Source of the DNA: Chloroflexota bacterium
Lineage (GTDB): Bacteria > Chloroflexota > UBA11872 > VXOZ01
Direction: 5' to 3'
NCBI GenBank assembly: GCA_963662335.2
Contig: CAXXVD010000002.1
Span: forward strand, 320,001-384,000
Length of the DNA: 64,000 nucleotides
The notes under the pieces were generated by a model, which saw nothing but the letters and a program-made list of their open reading frames with translations, did no database searches and was not told the origin of the DNA. The position numbers were made by a program, and so were the translations under genes. Every line of letters begins with the position of its first letter. Position 1 is the stretch's first letter. Positions 10,107 through 20,445 of this stretch are shown one piece after another.

Positions 10107-11135
10107 ATGCGCATTGGCATCTTGAACGTCACCGGCTATGCCGGACTGGAACTCATCCGGCTGCTGGCCTGGCACCCGGAGATGCAAGTCGTAGCCGTCA
10201 CCGGCCGCAGCCAGGCCGGCAAGACCTTGGCGGAAGTCTTTCCCTTCAGCGGCCTCTTTCCCAAGGAAGACCTGGGGGCAATGCGCATCACTGAAGAAAT
10301 CGATACCGGCGTGGGCCTGGTCTTCTCCGGCCTGCCGCACAAGGCCTCGGCGGAGGCGCTGCTGCCGTTCATCCAAGACGGCGTGCCGGTGGTGGACATT
10401 GCCGCCGACTTCCGCCTGCATGACCCGGCAACCTACAAGGAGTGGTACCAGGAGCACCCGTGCCCGGAGCATCTGGAGAACGCCGTCTACGGCCTGACCG
10501 AACTCCACCGGGAAGAGGTGCGGCAAGCCAAGATCGTGGCGAATCCCGGCTGCTATCCCACCGGCGCGATCTTGGGTCTCGCGCCGGCTCTGGCGGAAGG
10601 GCTGATTGCGCCCAACGTGATCGTGGACGCCAAGTCCGGCGTTTCCGGCGGCGGCCGCAGCCTGACCCTCACCAATCACTTTTCGGAAGTCAACGAGAGC
10701 GTGGAAGCCTACGCGCTGGGGGGCCACCGCCACCAGCCGGAAATCGTGCAGGAACTGAGCGCAGCGGCGGCGCGGGACGTGGCGGTCACCTTCGTGCCGC
10801 ACCTCATCCCCATGACGCGCGGCATCCTGGCCACCTGCTACGCGCAACTCACCGGCGCGACCACCCAGCAGGCGGTAGACGACCTCTACCAGGCCCGCTA
10901 CGCCAACGAGCCGTTCGTGGAAACGCTTTCAGTCTCGCCCAAGACCAAGTGGACCTACGGCAGCAACCACTGCCTGATTCACGCCGTGGTGCACGAGCGC
11001 ACGGGACACCTGCTCGTCACCACCGCCATCGACAACCTGGTGAAAGGCGCCGCCGGCCAAGCGCTGCAGAACGCCAACGCCATGCTCGGCCTGCCGGAGA
11101 CCATGGGCCTGGCAGCCAAGCCGCTGTTTCCGTAA
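10107..11135 (+). CDS. argC: N-acetyl-gamma-glutamyl-phosphate reductase
   Basis: TGYAG, ADFRL, ANPGCYPT, SGVSGGG, HRHQPEI, FVPHLIPMTRGIL and DNLVKGAAGQA motifs. Confidence 0.96.
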   Translation: MRIGILNVTGYAGLELIRLLAWHPEMQVVAVTGRSQAGKTLAEVFPFSGLFPKEDLGAMRITEEIDTGVGLVFSGLPHKASAEALLPFIQDGVPVVDIAADFRLHDPATYKEWYQEHPCPEHLENAVYGLTELHREEVRQAKIVANPGCYPTGAILGLAPALAEGLIAPNVIVDAKSGVSGGGRSLTLTNHFSEVNESVEAYALGGHRHQPEIVQELSAAAARDVAVTFVPHLIPMTRGILATCYAQLTGATTQQAVDDLYQARYANEPFVETLSVSPKTKWTYGSNHCLIHAVVHERTGHLLVTTAIDNLVKGAAGQALQNANAMLGLPETMGLAAKPLFP

Positions 11136-11173
11136 CAACGCAGCCGTAGTAACGCAGCCGTAGTAGCACAACT

Positions 11174-11306
11174 GTTCGTGCTGAGCGCTTCGACCCTACG
11201 ACAAGCTCAGGACAGGCAAGCTCAGTACAGACCCGTCGGAGCATGAACGGGGCGCACACGAAAACCGCGTTTCCTTTTCCAGCAAGAGACAAGCCCCCGC
11301 GCTACG
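11174..11306. repeat. REP-like repeat remnants
   Basis: GTTCGTGCTGAGC..TTCGAC..AAGCTCAG..TGAACGG and a partial GACAAGCCCCCGCGCTAC. Confidence 0.65.
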
Positions 11307-11309
11307 AGT

Positions 11310-12050
11310 CTATTTGAGGGGCAGCGAGTTTGGGGCGTCAACACGGCTTCCCTCTTTCAGGCAACGCGCCGCGTGTCTGCAATGCGACTCGGTTTCGCAG
11401 CGCGACCACTCGAAGCCAGACTCCTCAAGTTCCTCAGGTACAATTCTGCAAATTACCCTGTGCGGATGGTTGCCTAGTTCGTCCCGGTTTTCCTCCCTAC
11501 ATACCGAGCAGCCCGGACAGTCAGGGTCGCATCCGTCGAAAGTGCACGGGCAGTTGTAGAACTCCTCATCTCTTGCCATTTCTTGTTGCCAAGCGGCCCT
11601 GCGCTCATCGCGTAAGGTCACTTGCTGTTCAGAGAGGCGGCTCTTGCTGGCATTGCAGGAACGGCAATACAGGCGGAGGTTCTTTGGCTCGCTAGGTCCG
11701 TTGGGATCAATGTGGTCAAGGGTGGCATCTCTCCCACTGACTTCCTTGCCGCAACGCTGGCAGCGTCCGTCGTCTCTTTCGATCACAGTTGCGCGGTGCT
11801 TGCGAGTTCGGTAGGAGCGTCGCTGCTTGGCGGCGTCTCTCGCTCGCAATTCGGCTTTCAGGGGGTGACCTTCAGGGATCATCGCTACATAGCGAAAGGT
11901 GCGGTATTCAAGGCAACTACTGACACTTTGTGGAGACATCAGATCGGCCAAGGCAGCAACTGCAGCGGAATAGTCGTCAGCCTCCTGCAGGATAGTCCGC
12001 GCCTTCAGGATGGCTTCGGCTAATTCTTGCGGGTACGGGTGTCGAGGCAT
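11310..12050 (-). CDS. HNH endonuclease with Cys-rich C-terminal extension
   Basis: RDDGRCQRCG...TLDHIDP...NLRLYCRSCNASK; more AT-rich than its neighbours. Confidence 0.85.
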   Translation of the reverse strand: MPRHPYPQELAEAILKARTILQEADDYSAAVAALADLMSPQSVSSCLEYRTFRYVAMIPEGHPLKAELRARDAAKQRRSYRTRKHRATVIERDDGRCQRCGKEVSGRDATLDHIDPNGPSEPKNLRLYCRSCNASKSRLSEQQVTLRDERRAAWQQEMARDEEFYNCPCTFDGCDPDCPGCSVCREENRDELGNHPHRVICRIVPEELEESGFEWSRCETESHCRHAARCLKEGSRVDAPNSLPLK

Positions 12051-12204
12051 CGAAGTTCCTCGTAAGTACTGATCTGTGTTGCCCTGCGGAGGAAAAGCCC
12101 TCGTGCTACGGCTAACACTAGCAAGCGAGGCGTTGAATGCATTGACAAGTGAGTTGTTTACCTGGAATGCCTCTATATCACGGCTCTACAGCCGCCTGTA
12201 CCCC

Positions 12205-13893
12205 TCATTCACAAACCGCGCCTCTGGCGGCGGAGGTGACCAATTTGGCATACTTTGCCAGCACGCCTTTGGTGTAGCGCGGTTCCAGCGGGCGCCACTC
12301 TTTGCGGCGTTCGGCCAGTTCGGCGTCGTCCACGTGGAGCGTGAGGGTTTGGTTGTCGCCGTCGATGGTGATTTGGTCGCCCTCGCGCACCAGGCCGATG
12401 GGGCCGCCCATGGCGGCTTCCGGCGCCACGTGGCCGACCATCAGGCCGTGGGTCGCGCCGGAGAAGCGCCCGTCGGTGATGAGGCCCACCGAATCGCCCA
12501 GGCCCCGGCCAAAGACCGCGCCGGTCACCGCCAGCATCTCGCGCATACCCGGCCCGCCTTTCGGCCCCTCATTGCGGATCACGAGCACGTCACCGGCGTT
12601 AATGCGGCCCTTCACCACGGCCTCGAACGCGTCGTCCTCGATCTCGAAGACCCGCGCCGGGCCGGAATGCACCCGGTTCGCCACGCCCGCCACTTTCACC
12701 ACCGCGCCTTCCGGGGCCAGGTTGCCGCGCAGGATCACCATCGTGCCGCCGGCGTAGATGGGGTCGTCCGCCGCGCGCACGATGTCCTGGCCGTTCTCGG
12801 AAACCCGCGCCGCGCCCACGTCGTCCGCCAGCGTCTTGCCGGTTACGGTCAGGCACTCGCCGTGCAGCAGGCCGGCGCGCAGCATCTCGCGCATGATGAG
12901 CGGCACGCCGCCGACTTTATCCAGGTCGGCCATTACGTAGCGGCCGCCGGGGCGCATGTCGGCGATGTGGGGCACGCGCTTGCTCACCCGGTCGATGTCG
13001 TCCAGGTCGAAGGGCACGCCGGCTTCCCAGGCGATGGCGGGCAGGTGCAGCGCCGCGTTGGTGGAACCGCCGGCCGCCAGCGCCACGGCCACGGCGTTTT
13101 CCATGGCCTCTTTCGTGATGATGTCCGAGGGACGGCGGTTGTGGCGCACGCAGTCCATCACCAGGTGGCCGGCGTCCACGCAGACCTGGTCGCGGCGCGC
13201 GTCCATGGCCGGCGGCGAGGCGCTGCCGGGCACGGAGAGGCCCATGGCCTCCAACGCGCTTGACATGGTGTTGGCCGTGTACATGCCGCCGCAGGAACCC
13301 GGGCCGGGACAGGCATGCAACTCCAGGTCGATCAATTCGTCCTCGGTCAGCTTGCCGGCGGCGTGCGCGCCCACGGCCTCGAACACGTCCTGGATGGTCA
13401 CGTCCTCGCCCCGCCAGCGGCCGGGCATGATGCTGCCGCCGTAGACGAAGACGCTGGGGATGTCCAGCCGCGCCATGGCCATGGCGCACCCCGGCAGGCT
13501 CTTGTCGCAACCGGCAATCGTGACAACCCCGTCCAGCCGCTCGCCGATGGCCACCGCCTCGATCGAATCCGCGATGATCTCGCGCGTCACCAGGCTGGTT
13601 CTCATGCCCTCGGTGCCCATGGCAATGCCGTCGCTGACGGTGATCGCCACGAACTCGATCGGCGTGCCGCCGGCCTGGCGGATGCCCTCTTTCACCTTCT
13701 TGGCCAGCCGGTCAAGATGGTAATTGCAGGGCGTGACCTCGTTCCAGGTGCTGGCCACGCCGATGAGGGGCTTGGCCAGGTCTTCGTTGCTGAAGCCCAT
13801 GGCGTGGAACATGGAGCGCGCCGGCGCGCTCCGGGGTCCTTCCGTGATGTCTTTGCTAAACGGCTTGGTGTCCACGTTCGCGTCTGCGCTCAT
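12205..13893 (-). CDS. ilvD: Dihydroxy-acid dehydratase
   Basis: [55 protein letters not shown] and GHVAPEA; start set at ATG 13893. Confidence 0.96.
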   Translation of the reverse strand: MSADANVDTKPFSKDITEGPRSAPARSMFHAMGFSNEDLAKPLIGVASTWNEVTPCNYHLDRLAKKVKEGIRQAGGTPIEFVAITVSDGIAMGTEGMRTSLVTREIIADSIEAVAIGERLDGVVTIAGCDKSLPGCAMAMARLDIPSVFVYGGSIMPGRWRGEDVTIQDVFEAVGAHAAGKLTEDELIDLELHACPGPGSCGGMYTANTMSSALEAMGLSVPGSASPPAMDARRDQVCVDAGHLVMDCVRHNRRPSDIITKEAMENAVAVALAAGGSTNAALHLPAIAWEAGVPFDLDDIDRVSKRVPHIADMRPGGRYVMADLDKVGGVPLIMREMLRAGLLHGECLTVTGKTLADDVGAARVSENGQDIVRAADDPIYAGGTMVILRGNLAPEGAVVKVAGVANRVHSGPARVFEIEDDAFEAVVKGRINAGDVLVIRNEGPKGGPGMREMLAVTGAVFGRGLGDSVGLITDGRFSGATHGLMVGHVAPEAAMGGPIGLVREGDQITIDGDNQTLTLHVDDAELAERRKEWRPLEPRYTKGVLAKYAKLVTSAARGAVCE

Positions 13894-13949
13894 GATTCGC
13901 ATCCTCCTGGCTTGTGCAAATGTGCTTCTGTCAATTGCGCATGTGCCTT

Positions 13950-14023
13950 CCGTCATTCCCGCGAAAGCGGGAATCCATCTTCGCCGGCGTCCCGATGGAT
14001 TCCCGCTTTCGCGGGAATGACGG
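13950..14023. repeat. Perfect CGTCATTCCCGCGAAAGCGGGAATCCATC inverted-repeat doublet
   Basis: About 29-30 bp arms in perfect inverted orientation upstream of ilvD. Confidence 0.9.
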
Positions 14024-14115
14024 GGCGTGTGCGCTTTTGCGGAAATGACGGACAAGGAACTCGCCGTCGTTGTCACTCCCTTGCGGCGCGTGGCCAAGAC
14101 TATGGCAGGCCCGCG

Positions 14116-14427
14116 TCACTCATCGGTCTCCAGCCCGGCAAGGTCAGCCCACTCGCTCTCCGGATACGCGGGCACGGCATGGCATAGGTCGAAGCCGTTG
14201 CGCAGAATCACCATCGCCCGCGTGCAGGCCGTGTCATTGGGAAATTCGACGATCATGATGCCGTCGTAGGGCCCGCTGATAAGGTATGCCTCGATCAGCT
14301 TGCCGCCATGGCGCTTGATTATCCGGCGCGTCTCGACCGGGCCGCCGGCAATGGCCTCCTGATAGGTGGGATTCTTGCCGCCGAACGCCGAAGTTTCCAG
14401 CTTCACCATGACAATGTATGTCTTCAA
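14116..14427 (-). CDS. GYD-domain-containing protein
   Basis: TTG start with GGAG RBS; KTYIVMVK...GGKLIEAY..SGPYDGIMIVEFP motif. Confidence 0.75.
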   Translation of the reverse strand: MKTYIVMVKLETSAFGGKNPTYQEAIAGGPVETRRIIKRHGGKLIEAYLISGPYDGIMIVEFPNDTACTRAMVILRNGFDLCHAVPAYPESEWADLAGLETDE

Positions 14428-14633
14428 TAGAACCTCTCCAGAACTTCTCCCTAGCGACTGTGGGGCCGCACTGCCCCGGGCCAGGCGTGTGCACGCCTGC
14501 ACTAGCCAGTATCGAATCGCCGCCGCCCGCTGTCAATGGCGGCGGCCCCGGGCAGCCGGTTTCAGCGCGGCCGCCGCGTTCGTCAAAGACGCTATAATCA
14601 TACGTGTCGCAAGCCGCACATTGGGGTATCTTC

Positions 14634-16559
14634 ATGCTACCGCGCATCCGCGCTTCCGTTACACCGTCTGCGGGCACGGCCGGGGAGTACGGCACGTGGG
14701 TCGTGCGTTGCCACGTGGTGGAGGGTGAACTCGGCCCCGGCGACGCGGTGGCCGTGGCGCTGCCGAACACCTGGCACGCCTGGCAGCGGAACTCCGCCAA
14801 AGGGGTGCACAGCCTCGACCCGGCCAAACCGAACTACGTCGCGGCCCGCGCTTCCCGCAATGACGTGGAGCTACGCTGCGTGGTGCCCGACGGCTCCACC
14901 GACGAGTATGAGAAACGCACCCGCGCGGCGCTGGCGGGACCGCCCAACCGCTGCGCGTACCATGCCGAGGTGACGATCGGGCGCGGGACGCTGCGGGCGG
15001 GCGATTGGCTGGACGTTACGTATGGCGAGACCGGCGGCGGCAGTCCGGGCTTTACCGCCGCGCTCCATCCCAACGGGCCGGAGCCGGTGCGCGTGGCCGT
15101 GCTTGCCGCGGGCAACGACGGTGAAAAGACGCTGCTGCCGGAGGCGGAGAGTCCGCTCCTGGTGACCCGGGCGGCGGAACCGGTGGAGATCGCGGCTTAC
15201 GCGCCTTCCCACGCCCGCGTGGGCGTTGAAGCGGCCTGCCACGTGATCGCGCTGGACGCCTGGCAGAATGCCGCCGCCGGCGCGCAACTCGCGTTTGCCG
15301 TCAGCGTTGCCGAAGGCCGCGCGGAACATCCTAAGACGATTGTGTTGAATCCGGAGACCGGCACATGCGCGTTGCCCTTTACGCCCACCGCGCCGGGCGT
15401 GCTGCGGCTCCAGTTTACGGCGGAAGGGGGCCGCTTCACCGCCCGCTCGAATCCGATTATCTGCACGGTTGACGAACCCGCCGAGCGCGTCTACTGGGGC
15501 GATCTCCACTCCCACGCCCGGCGCAGTTTCGACGCCACCGGCGACCTGCCCTTCCACTACGCCCGCGACGTGGCGCGCCTGGACTTCTACGCCCTCACCG
15601 ACCACGTGGAGGGACTGACCGACGAAATGTGGGAGGAAATCCGGCTGGCGACCCACGACTGGTACGACCCCGGCCGCTTTGCCACCATTCTCGGCTATGA
15701 GGCCACGTTCCCCGCGCCGTGGGCGCACCACAACGTCTACTTTCGCGCTGACGGCGACGTGCGGATCGGCCGCCACAACGGCACGGTGCAAGACCTCTGG
15801 CGGCGTCTCATACCCGGCGAGGCGATGACGATACCCCACCACACCGGCGTGCGCTTTTCGCCCAAGGCGAGCGACGTCCCCGGCGGCACGGGCCCCAACA
15901 TCGACTGGCAGTACGCCAACGATCGCTTCCGCCGGGTGGTCGAGGTCTACTCCGGCCACGGCCTCTGCGAGTACTACGACCCGGACCACCCGCTGGCGTA
16001 CCAGCACTGCGATTTTTCGCTCAACAACTCGGCGGTGGGGCCGCACTACGCGCAGGACGGCTGGCTTAGCGGGCAGCGCCTGGGCACGATCTGCTCGTCG
16101 GACAATCACCAGGCGCAGCCGGGCAAGCGGCAGACCGGCCTGGCGGCGGTCTGGGCGCCGGCGCTCACCCGCGGCGGCGTCTTCGATAGCATCCACCAGC
16201 GCCAAACCTACGGCACAACCGGCGCGCGAATCTTGCTTAAGATGTGGGTGAACGACTCGTTCATGGGTCAAGAGACCGCCGGCGGCGAGGGCGTGAGCGT
16301 GCGCGTCTGGGCAGTAGGCACGGCGGAGATCGCCTGGGTCGAAATCCTGCGCGGTGACCTGGACGCGCAGCGCTTCGACGTGGTCTACCGCCGCGAGCCG
16401 CAAGCGGCTTCAGCCGCCTTCACCTGGGATGACCCCCAGCCGGTCGCCAACGCGCTCTACTACGTGCGCCTGCGGCAGGCGGCGCCGGTGGCCGGCCGCG
16501 TGGCGCAGGCGTGGTCCAGCCCGGTGTGGGTGCTGCGGAGCCCCAACACCGTGACTTAA
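14634..16559 (+). CDS. DUF3604 / CehA-McbA-like PHP-fold metallohydrolase
   Basis: YWGDLHSH, LDFYALTDH, GYE, HHNVYF, IPHH, EVYSGHG, SSDNH, YGTTG, YYVRLRQ and AWSSPVW; TATAAT at 14593. Confidence 0.85.
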   Translation: MLPRIRASVTPSAGTAGEYGTWVVRCHVVEGELGPGDAVAVALPNTWHAWQRNSAKGVHSLDPAKPNYVAARASRNDVELRCVVPDGSTDEYEKRTRAALAGPPNRCAYHAEVTIGRGTLRAGDWLDVTYGETGGGSPGFTAALHPNGPEPVRVAVLAAGNDGEKTLLPEAESPLLVTRAAEPVEIAAYAPSHARVGVEAACHVIALDAWQNAAAGAQLAFAVSVAEGRAEHPKTIVLNPETGTCALPFTPTAPGVLRLQFTAEGGRFTARSNPIICTVDEPAERVYWGDLHSHARRSFDATGDLPFHYARDVARLDFYALTDHVEGLTDEMWEEIRLATHDWYDPGRFATILGYEATFPAPWAHHNVYFRADGDVRIGRHNGTVQDLWRRLIPGEAMTIPHHTGVRFSPKASDVPGGTGPNIDWQYANDRFRRVVEVYSGHGLCEYYDPDHPLAYQHCDFSLNNSAVGPHYAQDGWLSGQRLGTICSSDNHQAQPGKRQTGLAAVWAPALTRGGVFDSIHQRQTYGTTGARILLKMWVNDSFMGQETAGGEGVSVRVWAVGTAEIAWVEILRGDLDAQRFDVVYRREPQAASAAFTWDDPQPVANALYYVRLRQAAPVAGRVAQAWSSPVWVLRSPNTVT

Positions 16560-16614
16560 AGTGCGCACGGTCTTGACTGTAGCCAAGCAGCCCCTCTCGC
16601 TGGGGAAGAGGCTG

Positions 16615-16790
16615 AAAGGGGTATGTATGCTATAACCGGCTTCAGATGTCATTCCGAACGGAGCGCAGCGGAGTGAGGAATCTAGAGCCCAGCGGAGTGT
16701 CGAACCCTGTTCGCGGAATCTAGAGCACTGCCCTGTACAATCAGCATTCTTAGATTCCTCGCTGCGCTCGGAATGACATTTACATGCCCA
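16615..16790. repeat. TGTCATTCCGA...TCGGAATGACA MITE/REP-doublet element
   Basis: Terminal inverted repeats TGTCATTCCG / CGGAATGACA; a near-identical copy, including flanks, is at ~22078-22245. Confidence 0.85.
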
Positions 16791-16877
16791 ACCTTTTGAG
16801 GAGAGGGGCGAAGAGCCCGCGCGAGCCGCGTACAACGGCAGTCAGTGCACATTGCAAACAAGAGGAGAATACCGACC

Positions 16878-18086
16878 ATGAAACGCACTCTCGACCAACT
16901 GGGCGTGACCTTCGACACCGAGTTCGAGGCCGCGGCGGCGGAAGACGTGTCGTTGGCTGACGATGACACTGTCCATCTCCACACCCGCGTCGACCCCAAG
17001 CCCACGGGCTTCGACGAGCATTTCAAGGGCGTGCCAACGCAGTACCGCTACAGCGTGCGCGTCACTGCCCACCGCGATACGCCCGCACTGCGCATCCACG
17101 TGCATACCGACAAGGAGTTGGGCGGCTGGTACATTCAGTTCGGCGGTTTCGTCAAGCGCGCCGGCGGCTGGGAGCCGATTCCGCTGGAGCACGCCGTAAA
17201 CGTGCCGGGCACCAGCGACGTTCTTATAACGCTTTCGTTGCGCGCGGGCGAATCGGTCGTGTTGGGCAGTATGCCGTTCATTGCGCCCTCGGAATTGGAA
17301 ACGCAAGTCGAGGCGCTGCTGCGAACGGAGGGACACGTCTGGTCGGCCCGCGTGCTGGGCGAGACGGCGAAAGGCCGCAAAATCTGGGCGCTGGAGACCG
17401 CGCCGCGCGCCAAGCGCATCGTCATGGCGGGCACGTCGCAGGGCGCGGAACCGGTGGCGGAACGCCTGGTGGAACTGGCGCGGCGGCTGACGGTGGACCT
17501 GACCGATTCGCGTTGGCTGCTGGACAACTACCAGGTCTCTTTGGTGCCCATGATCAATCCCGACGGCGCGGCGGAGGGGCACAGCCTGCTGAACGGCATT
17601 GGCGAAGTGGTGGCCGGCGGCTACAAAGCGGCGGTGAACGGCGAGCCGTGTCCGGTGGAGAGCAAGGCTCTGGCGGACTACGTGCGCCTGGCGCCCACCC
17701 ACGCCTACCTGGAGTTCCACGCCCACTACCGCACCATCCCGCCGGGCCAGGAAGACCACCTGGGCGTGCGCAAACTGCACCTGCTCAATCCCGGCATGGC
17801 GGACATCTACCCGCCGGCAACGGATCCGGCGTACGTGGAGCGCTTCAACGCCGTGATGCGCCAACGGCTGGGCGCGCACAACGACCACCGGCCCATCGGC
17901 AAATGGTGGAAACCGGCGGCGTTCTTCACCCCCAACCTGGCGCGGCTCCACTCCCACTGCATGTTCTACGCCGTGCAATCGTGGAACTACGACCTCCAGG
18001 CCACCACCGCCTGGGCCGAGCGCTACCTGTACGCTGCGGCGGAAGGCATTGCTCTTGCCGGCGGCGAGCAGACCTGGCGGGAGTGA
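16878..18086 (+). CDS. M14 zinc carboxypeptidase-like protein (degenerate)
   Basis: LGETAKGRKI, QGAEP, PMINPDG and EFHAH motifs; GAGGAG RBS. Confidence 0.65.
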   Translation: MKRTLDQLGVTFDTEFEAAAAEDVSLADDDTVHLHTRVDPKPTGFDEHFKGVPTQYRYSVRVTAHRDTPALRIHVHTDKELGGWYIQFGGFVKRAGGWEPIPLEHAVNVPGTSDVLITLSLRAGESVVLGSMPFIAPSELETQVEALLRTEGHVWSARVLGETAKGRKIWALETAPRAKRIVMAGTSQGAEPVAERLVELARRLTVDLTDSRWLLDNYQVSLVPMINPDGAAEGHSLLNGIGEVVAGGYKAAVNGEPCPVESKALADYVRLAPTHAYLEFHAHYRTIPPGQEDHLGVRKLHLLNPGMADIYPPATDPAYVERFNAVMRQRLGAHNDHRPIGKWWKPAAFFTPNLARLHSHCMFYAVQSWNYDLQATTAWAERYLYAAAEGIALAGGEQTWRE

Positions 18087-18194
18087 GCCCGCGCGGCGCA
18101 GCGGGCGGGGATCAAGCGAGAAGGCTAGGGCGCGGCGCAGAGTCCTCCGCCGCAGGCGCCATGTAGCAGGAGTGCGCAGCCTCCAGGCGGCTCG

Positions 18195-18222
18195 TTGCTT
18201 GCGCCTGCCAAGCTGGTATACT
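18195..18222 (+). promoter_or_regulatory. Putative extended -10 promoter upstream of the SBP gene
   Basis: TTGCTT-N16-TATACT with a TG extension (TGGTATACT). Confidence 0.4.
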
Positions 18223-18532
18223 ACGTGCAACGACACCCGCCGGCAGGGCGGGGCATCAGTTGGTGGGCGGCCGGCAGCGGCGCGGGCGCCCACGCGCGGA
18301 CAGAAAGCAACGAGAAAGGAGGGCGAACGACGGCATGGCGCTGCGGCGCGGTTGCGGGGCGCAAGCGACGGCCCGTGCAGCCGTATGCGCTATCGCGATG
18401 CCATCACTGTGTGCGACGTGAAGCGCGCCGGCGCGATTGGCAGGCGCCCGCTGCGTGAACGCGCTCTGCTTGTAGCGGCGCGTGCGCGCCGGTGTTAGAG
18501 ACGATACCTTGACGAACATGAAGGAGACAGAC

Positions 18533-19924
18533 GTGAAAGCGACAGTGACTCGACGAACAATTCTTGGCGGCAGTTTGGTTGCCGGCGCCGGCTTGTTGGC
18601 GGCTGCTTGCGGGCAAGCCGTGCCCGCCTCGCCGGCGGAAGGCGAGGCGCCGGCCGCCGAGGCAGAGGCCAAACCGGCAGAGCAGACCCAGGAAGCGGAG
18701 GCGAAGAAGGTCGTCTACCTGCACTACACCACCACGCAGGCGGTGTGGGAGGAGAACTTCGGCCAGATCTTCGACAACTTCCGGGCGCAGTTCCCCGAGG
18801 CTGAGCTACAGGTGGATGCCGTGACCGGCGGTTTTGGCGTGCTCATCGAGAAGGCCGTGGCCTCGTTTGCGGGCAACGTGCCCATCGACATGTACTACGG
18901 CCACTTCTCCTATATCAGCCAGTTTGCCCAGCAGGAGATGATCCAGCCGCTGGACCCGTTCATCGCCAAGGACGGCGACGTGTCGCGGGACGACTTCTAC
19001 GATCACGCGCTGGAGAAGATCGCGGGCCAGATCTACGGCATTGCCTGGTTCAACCAGGGCAAGGAATTCTGGTACAACGCGGACCAGGTGACCGAGGCCG
19101 GTCTGACGTCACCGGACGACCTGGTAGCGGAAGGCAAGTGGACGTGGGACGCCGCGCTTGAGTTCGCGCAGAAGCTCACCAAGCGGGAAGGCGCGAACAC
19201 CACGCGCTGGGGCTTCTTCTATGCCTACCACTCCACGGGCTGGTTTGGGCACCACCTGAAGGCCTGGGGCGCGGACTGGTGGAACGCGGACATTAGCGCG
19301 GCGACGATGACTACCCCTGAATTCGCCGCCGCGGTGCAAGCCGCCCAGGATCTCGTCGTCAAGCATGAGGTTTCCCCCCGCATCAGCAGCCCGAGTGAGA
19401 ATGACGCGAAGGCGTCCTTCGAAGAGGAGACCCTCTCCTCGCGCCTGGCGAGCGGCGCCAATACGCGCAGCTTCCAGGCGAACATCATGTCCAAGGACAA
19501 GCCTTTCAACATCGGTCACGCGTTGCTGCCCGAGGGCCCCGGCGGTCGCAACACGATTCAGGCGCTCAATGCGAACTATCTGAGTTCGTCGGCGCCGCAA
19601 GCCGATCTGGCCTGGGAACTCTACAAGATTCTCGTCGGGCCGGAATCCGACCAGCAGATTGCCCGGCTGGGCGGCCGCCGCTACACGGCCAGCCGCAAGC
19701 AAAGCCCGGTGACCCTGTGGCCCTACGAGAACGCCGACGTCTACGCCCAGATGGCGGAACTGAGCGAGGGCGCCAAGCAGATTGTGAAGCAATCTGAGGT
19801 CAACGGCGCCTGGAGCCAGGGCTGGAAGGACATCGAGGACGGCGTGCGCACCATCCAAGAGGTGCAGGAAGAACTGCAGCAGGTGGCCACGATTGCCCTG
19901 GAAGAGGGCGGCTGCATCTGCTAG
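18533..19924 (+). CDS. ABC transporter extracellular solute-binding lipoprotein (sugar family, Tat signal)
   Basis: GTG start after AAGGAG; TRRTIL twin-arginine plus LAAAC lipobox; FWYN, WTWD and LLPEGP SBP_bac_1-type motifs. Confidence 0.85.
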   Translation: MKATVTRRTILGGSLVAGAGLLAAACGQAVPASPAEGEAPAAEAEAKPAEQTQEAEAKKVVYLHYTTTQAVWEENFGQIFDNFRAQFPEAELQVDAVTGGFGVLIEKAVASFAGNVPIDMYYGHFSYISQFAQQEMIQPLDPFIAKDGDVSRDDFYDHALEKIAGQIYGIAWFNQGKEFWYNADQVTEAGLTSPDDLVAEGKWTWDAALEFAQKLTKREGANTTRWGFFYAYHSTGWFGHHLKAWGADWWNADISAATMTTPEFAAAVQAAQDLVVKHEVSPRISSPSENDAKASFEEETLSSRLASGANTRSFQANIMSKDKPFNIGHALLPEGPGGRNTIQALNANYLSSSAPQADLAWELYKILVGPESDQQIARLGGRRYTASRKQSPVTLWPYENADVYAQMAELSEGAKQIVKQSEVNGAWSQGWKDIEDGVRTIQEVQEELQQVATIALEEGGCIC

Positions 19925-19957
19925 CTAGCGCCTGCGGCATTAAGCTGCCGGTGGAAG

Positions 19958-19985
19958 AGAGAGGCACGGGTTTCCGTGCCTCTCT
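19958..19985. terminator. Hairpin terminator between convergent genes
   Basis: AGAGAGGCACGG-GTTT-CCGTGCCTCTCT, 12-bp stem followed by a T-rich tail. Confidence 0.7.
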
Positions 19986-20036
19986 GCTCTTTGGCCGGAT
20001 GTCAGACCCCTCTTGCGGCGTGCGCAACAAGGTTGT

Positions 20037-20393
20037 TCAGTCGGGGTCACTCTCGCGGTCAACCAACAGGGCGTCGACGGTTGTGCCAAGTTCAGCGGCG
20101 ATTCGCTGCAGAACCGCCGCGGAGCCCGGCTTGACACCCATCTCGATTTGCGAGAGGTAGCCCGGGCTGAGGCTGGCCCGCTTGGCAAGCGCGCGCAGCG
20201 TCAGTCCGCTATGCAGCCTGAATGCCGTGACCGGACTGCCGCCGTCGCCGATCGCGAGCGCCACCGCATGGGGGATGCGCGCGTCGGAGCGGTCGGCCTC
20301 CATCGCCGCCACCAGGTCCTCCAGGTCTTCATTGCGCTGCAACAAGGCTTCGTACTCGGCCTTCGTTAGTTCGATCGTCTCCGCTTTAGCCAT
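20037..20393 (-). CDS. XRE-family HTH protein (antitoxin-like)
   Basis: EYEALL..EDLED N-terminus plus GLTLRALAKRASLSPGYLSQIEMG HTH_3; AGGAG RBS. Confidence 0.85.
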   Translation of the reverse strand: MAKAETIELTKAEYEALLQRNEDLEDLVAAMEADRSDARIPHAVALAIGDGGSPVTAFRLHSGLTLRALAKRASLSPGYLSQIEMGVKPGSAAVLQRIAAELGTTVDALLVDRESDPD

Positions 20394-20445
20394 ATGCTTC
20401 TCTCCTGTGCCGGACTCGCAGTATTAATCTGAAAACAGCGAAAGC

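Noticed and set aside
11137-11165. AACGCAGCCGTAGT duplicated after the argC stop
   Set aside because: Two-copy 14-bp slippage duplication with no evidence of function.
13894-14097. N-terminal extension of ilvD containing repeat-derived peptide
   Set aside because: IlvD homology and an AGGAGG RBS place the start near 13893-13902; the extension is read-through of an intergenic repeat.
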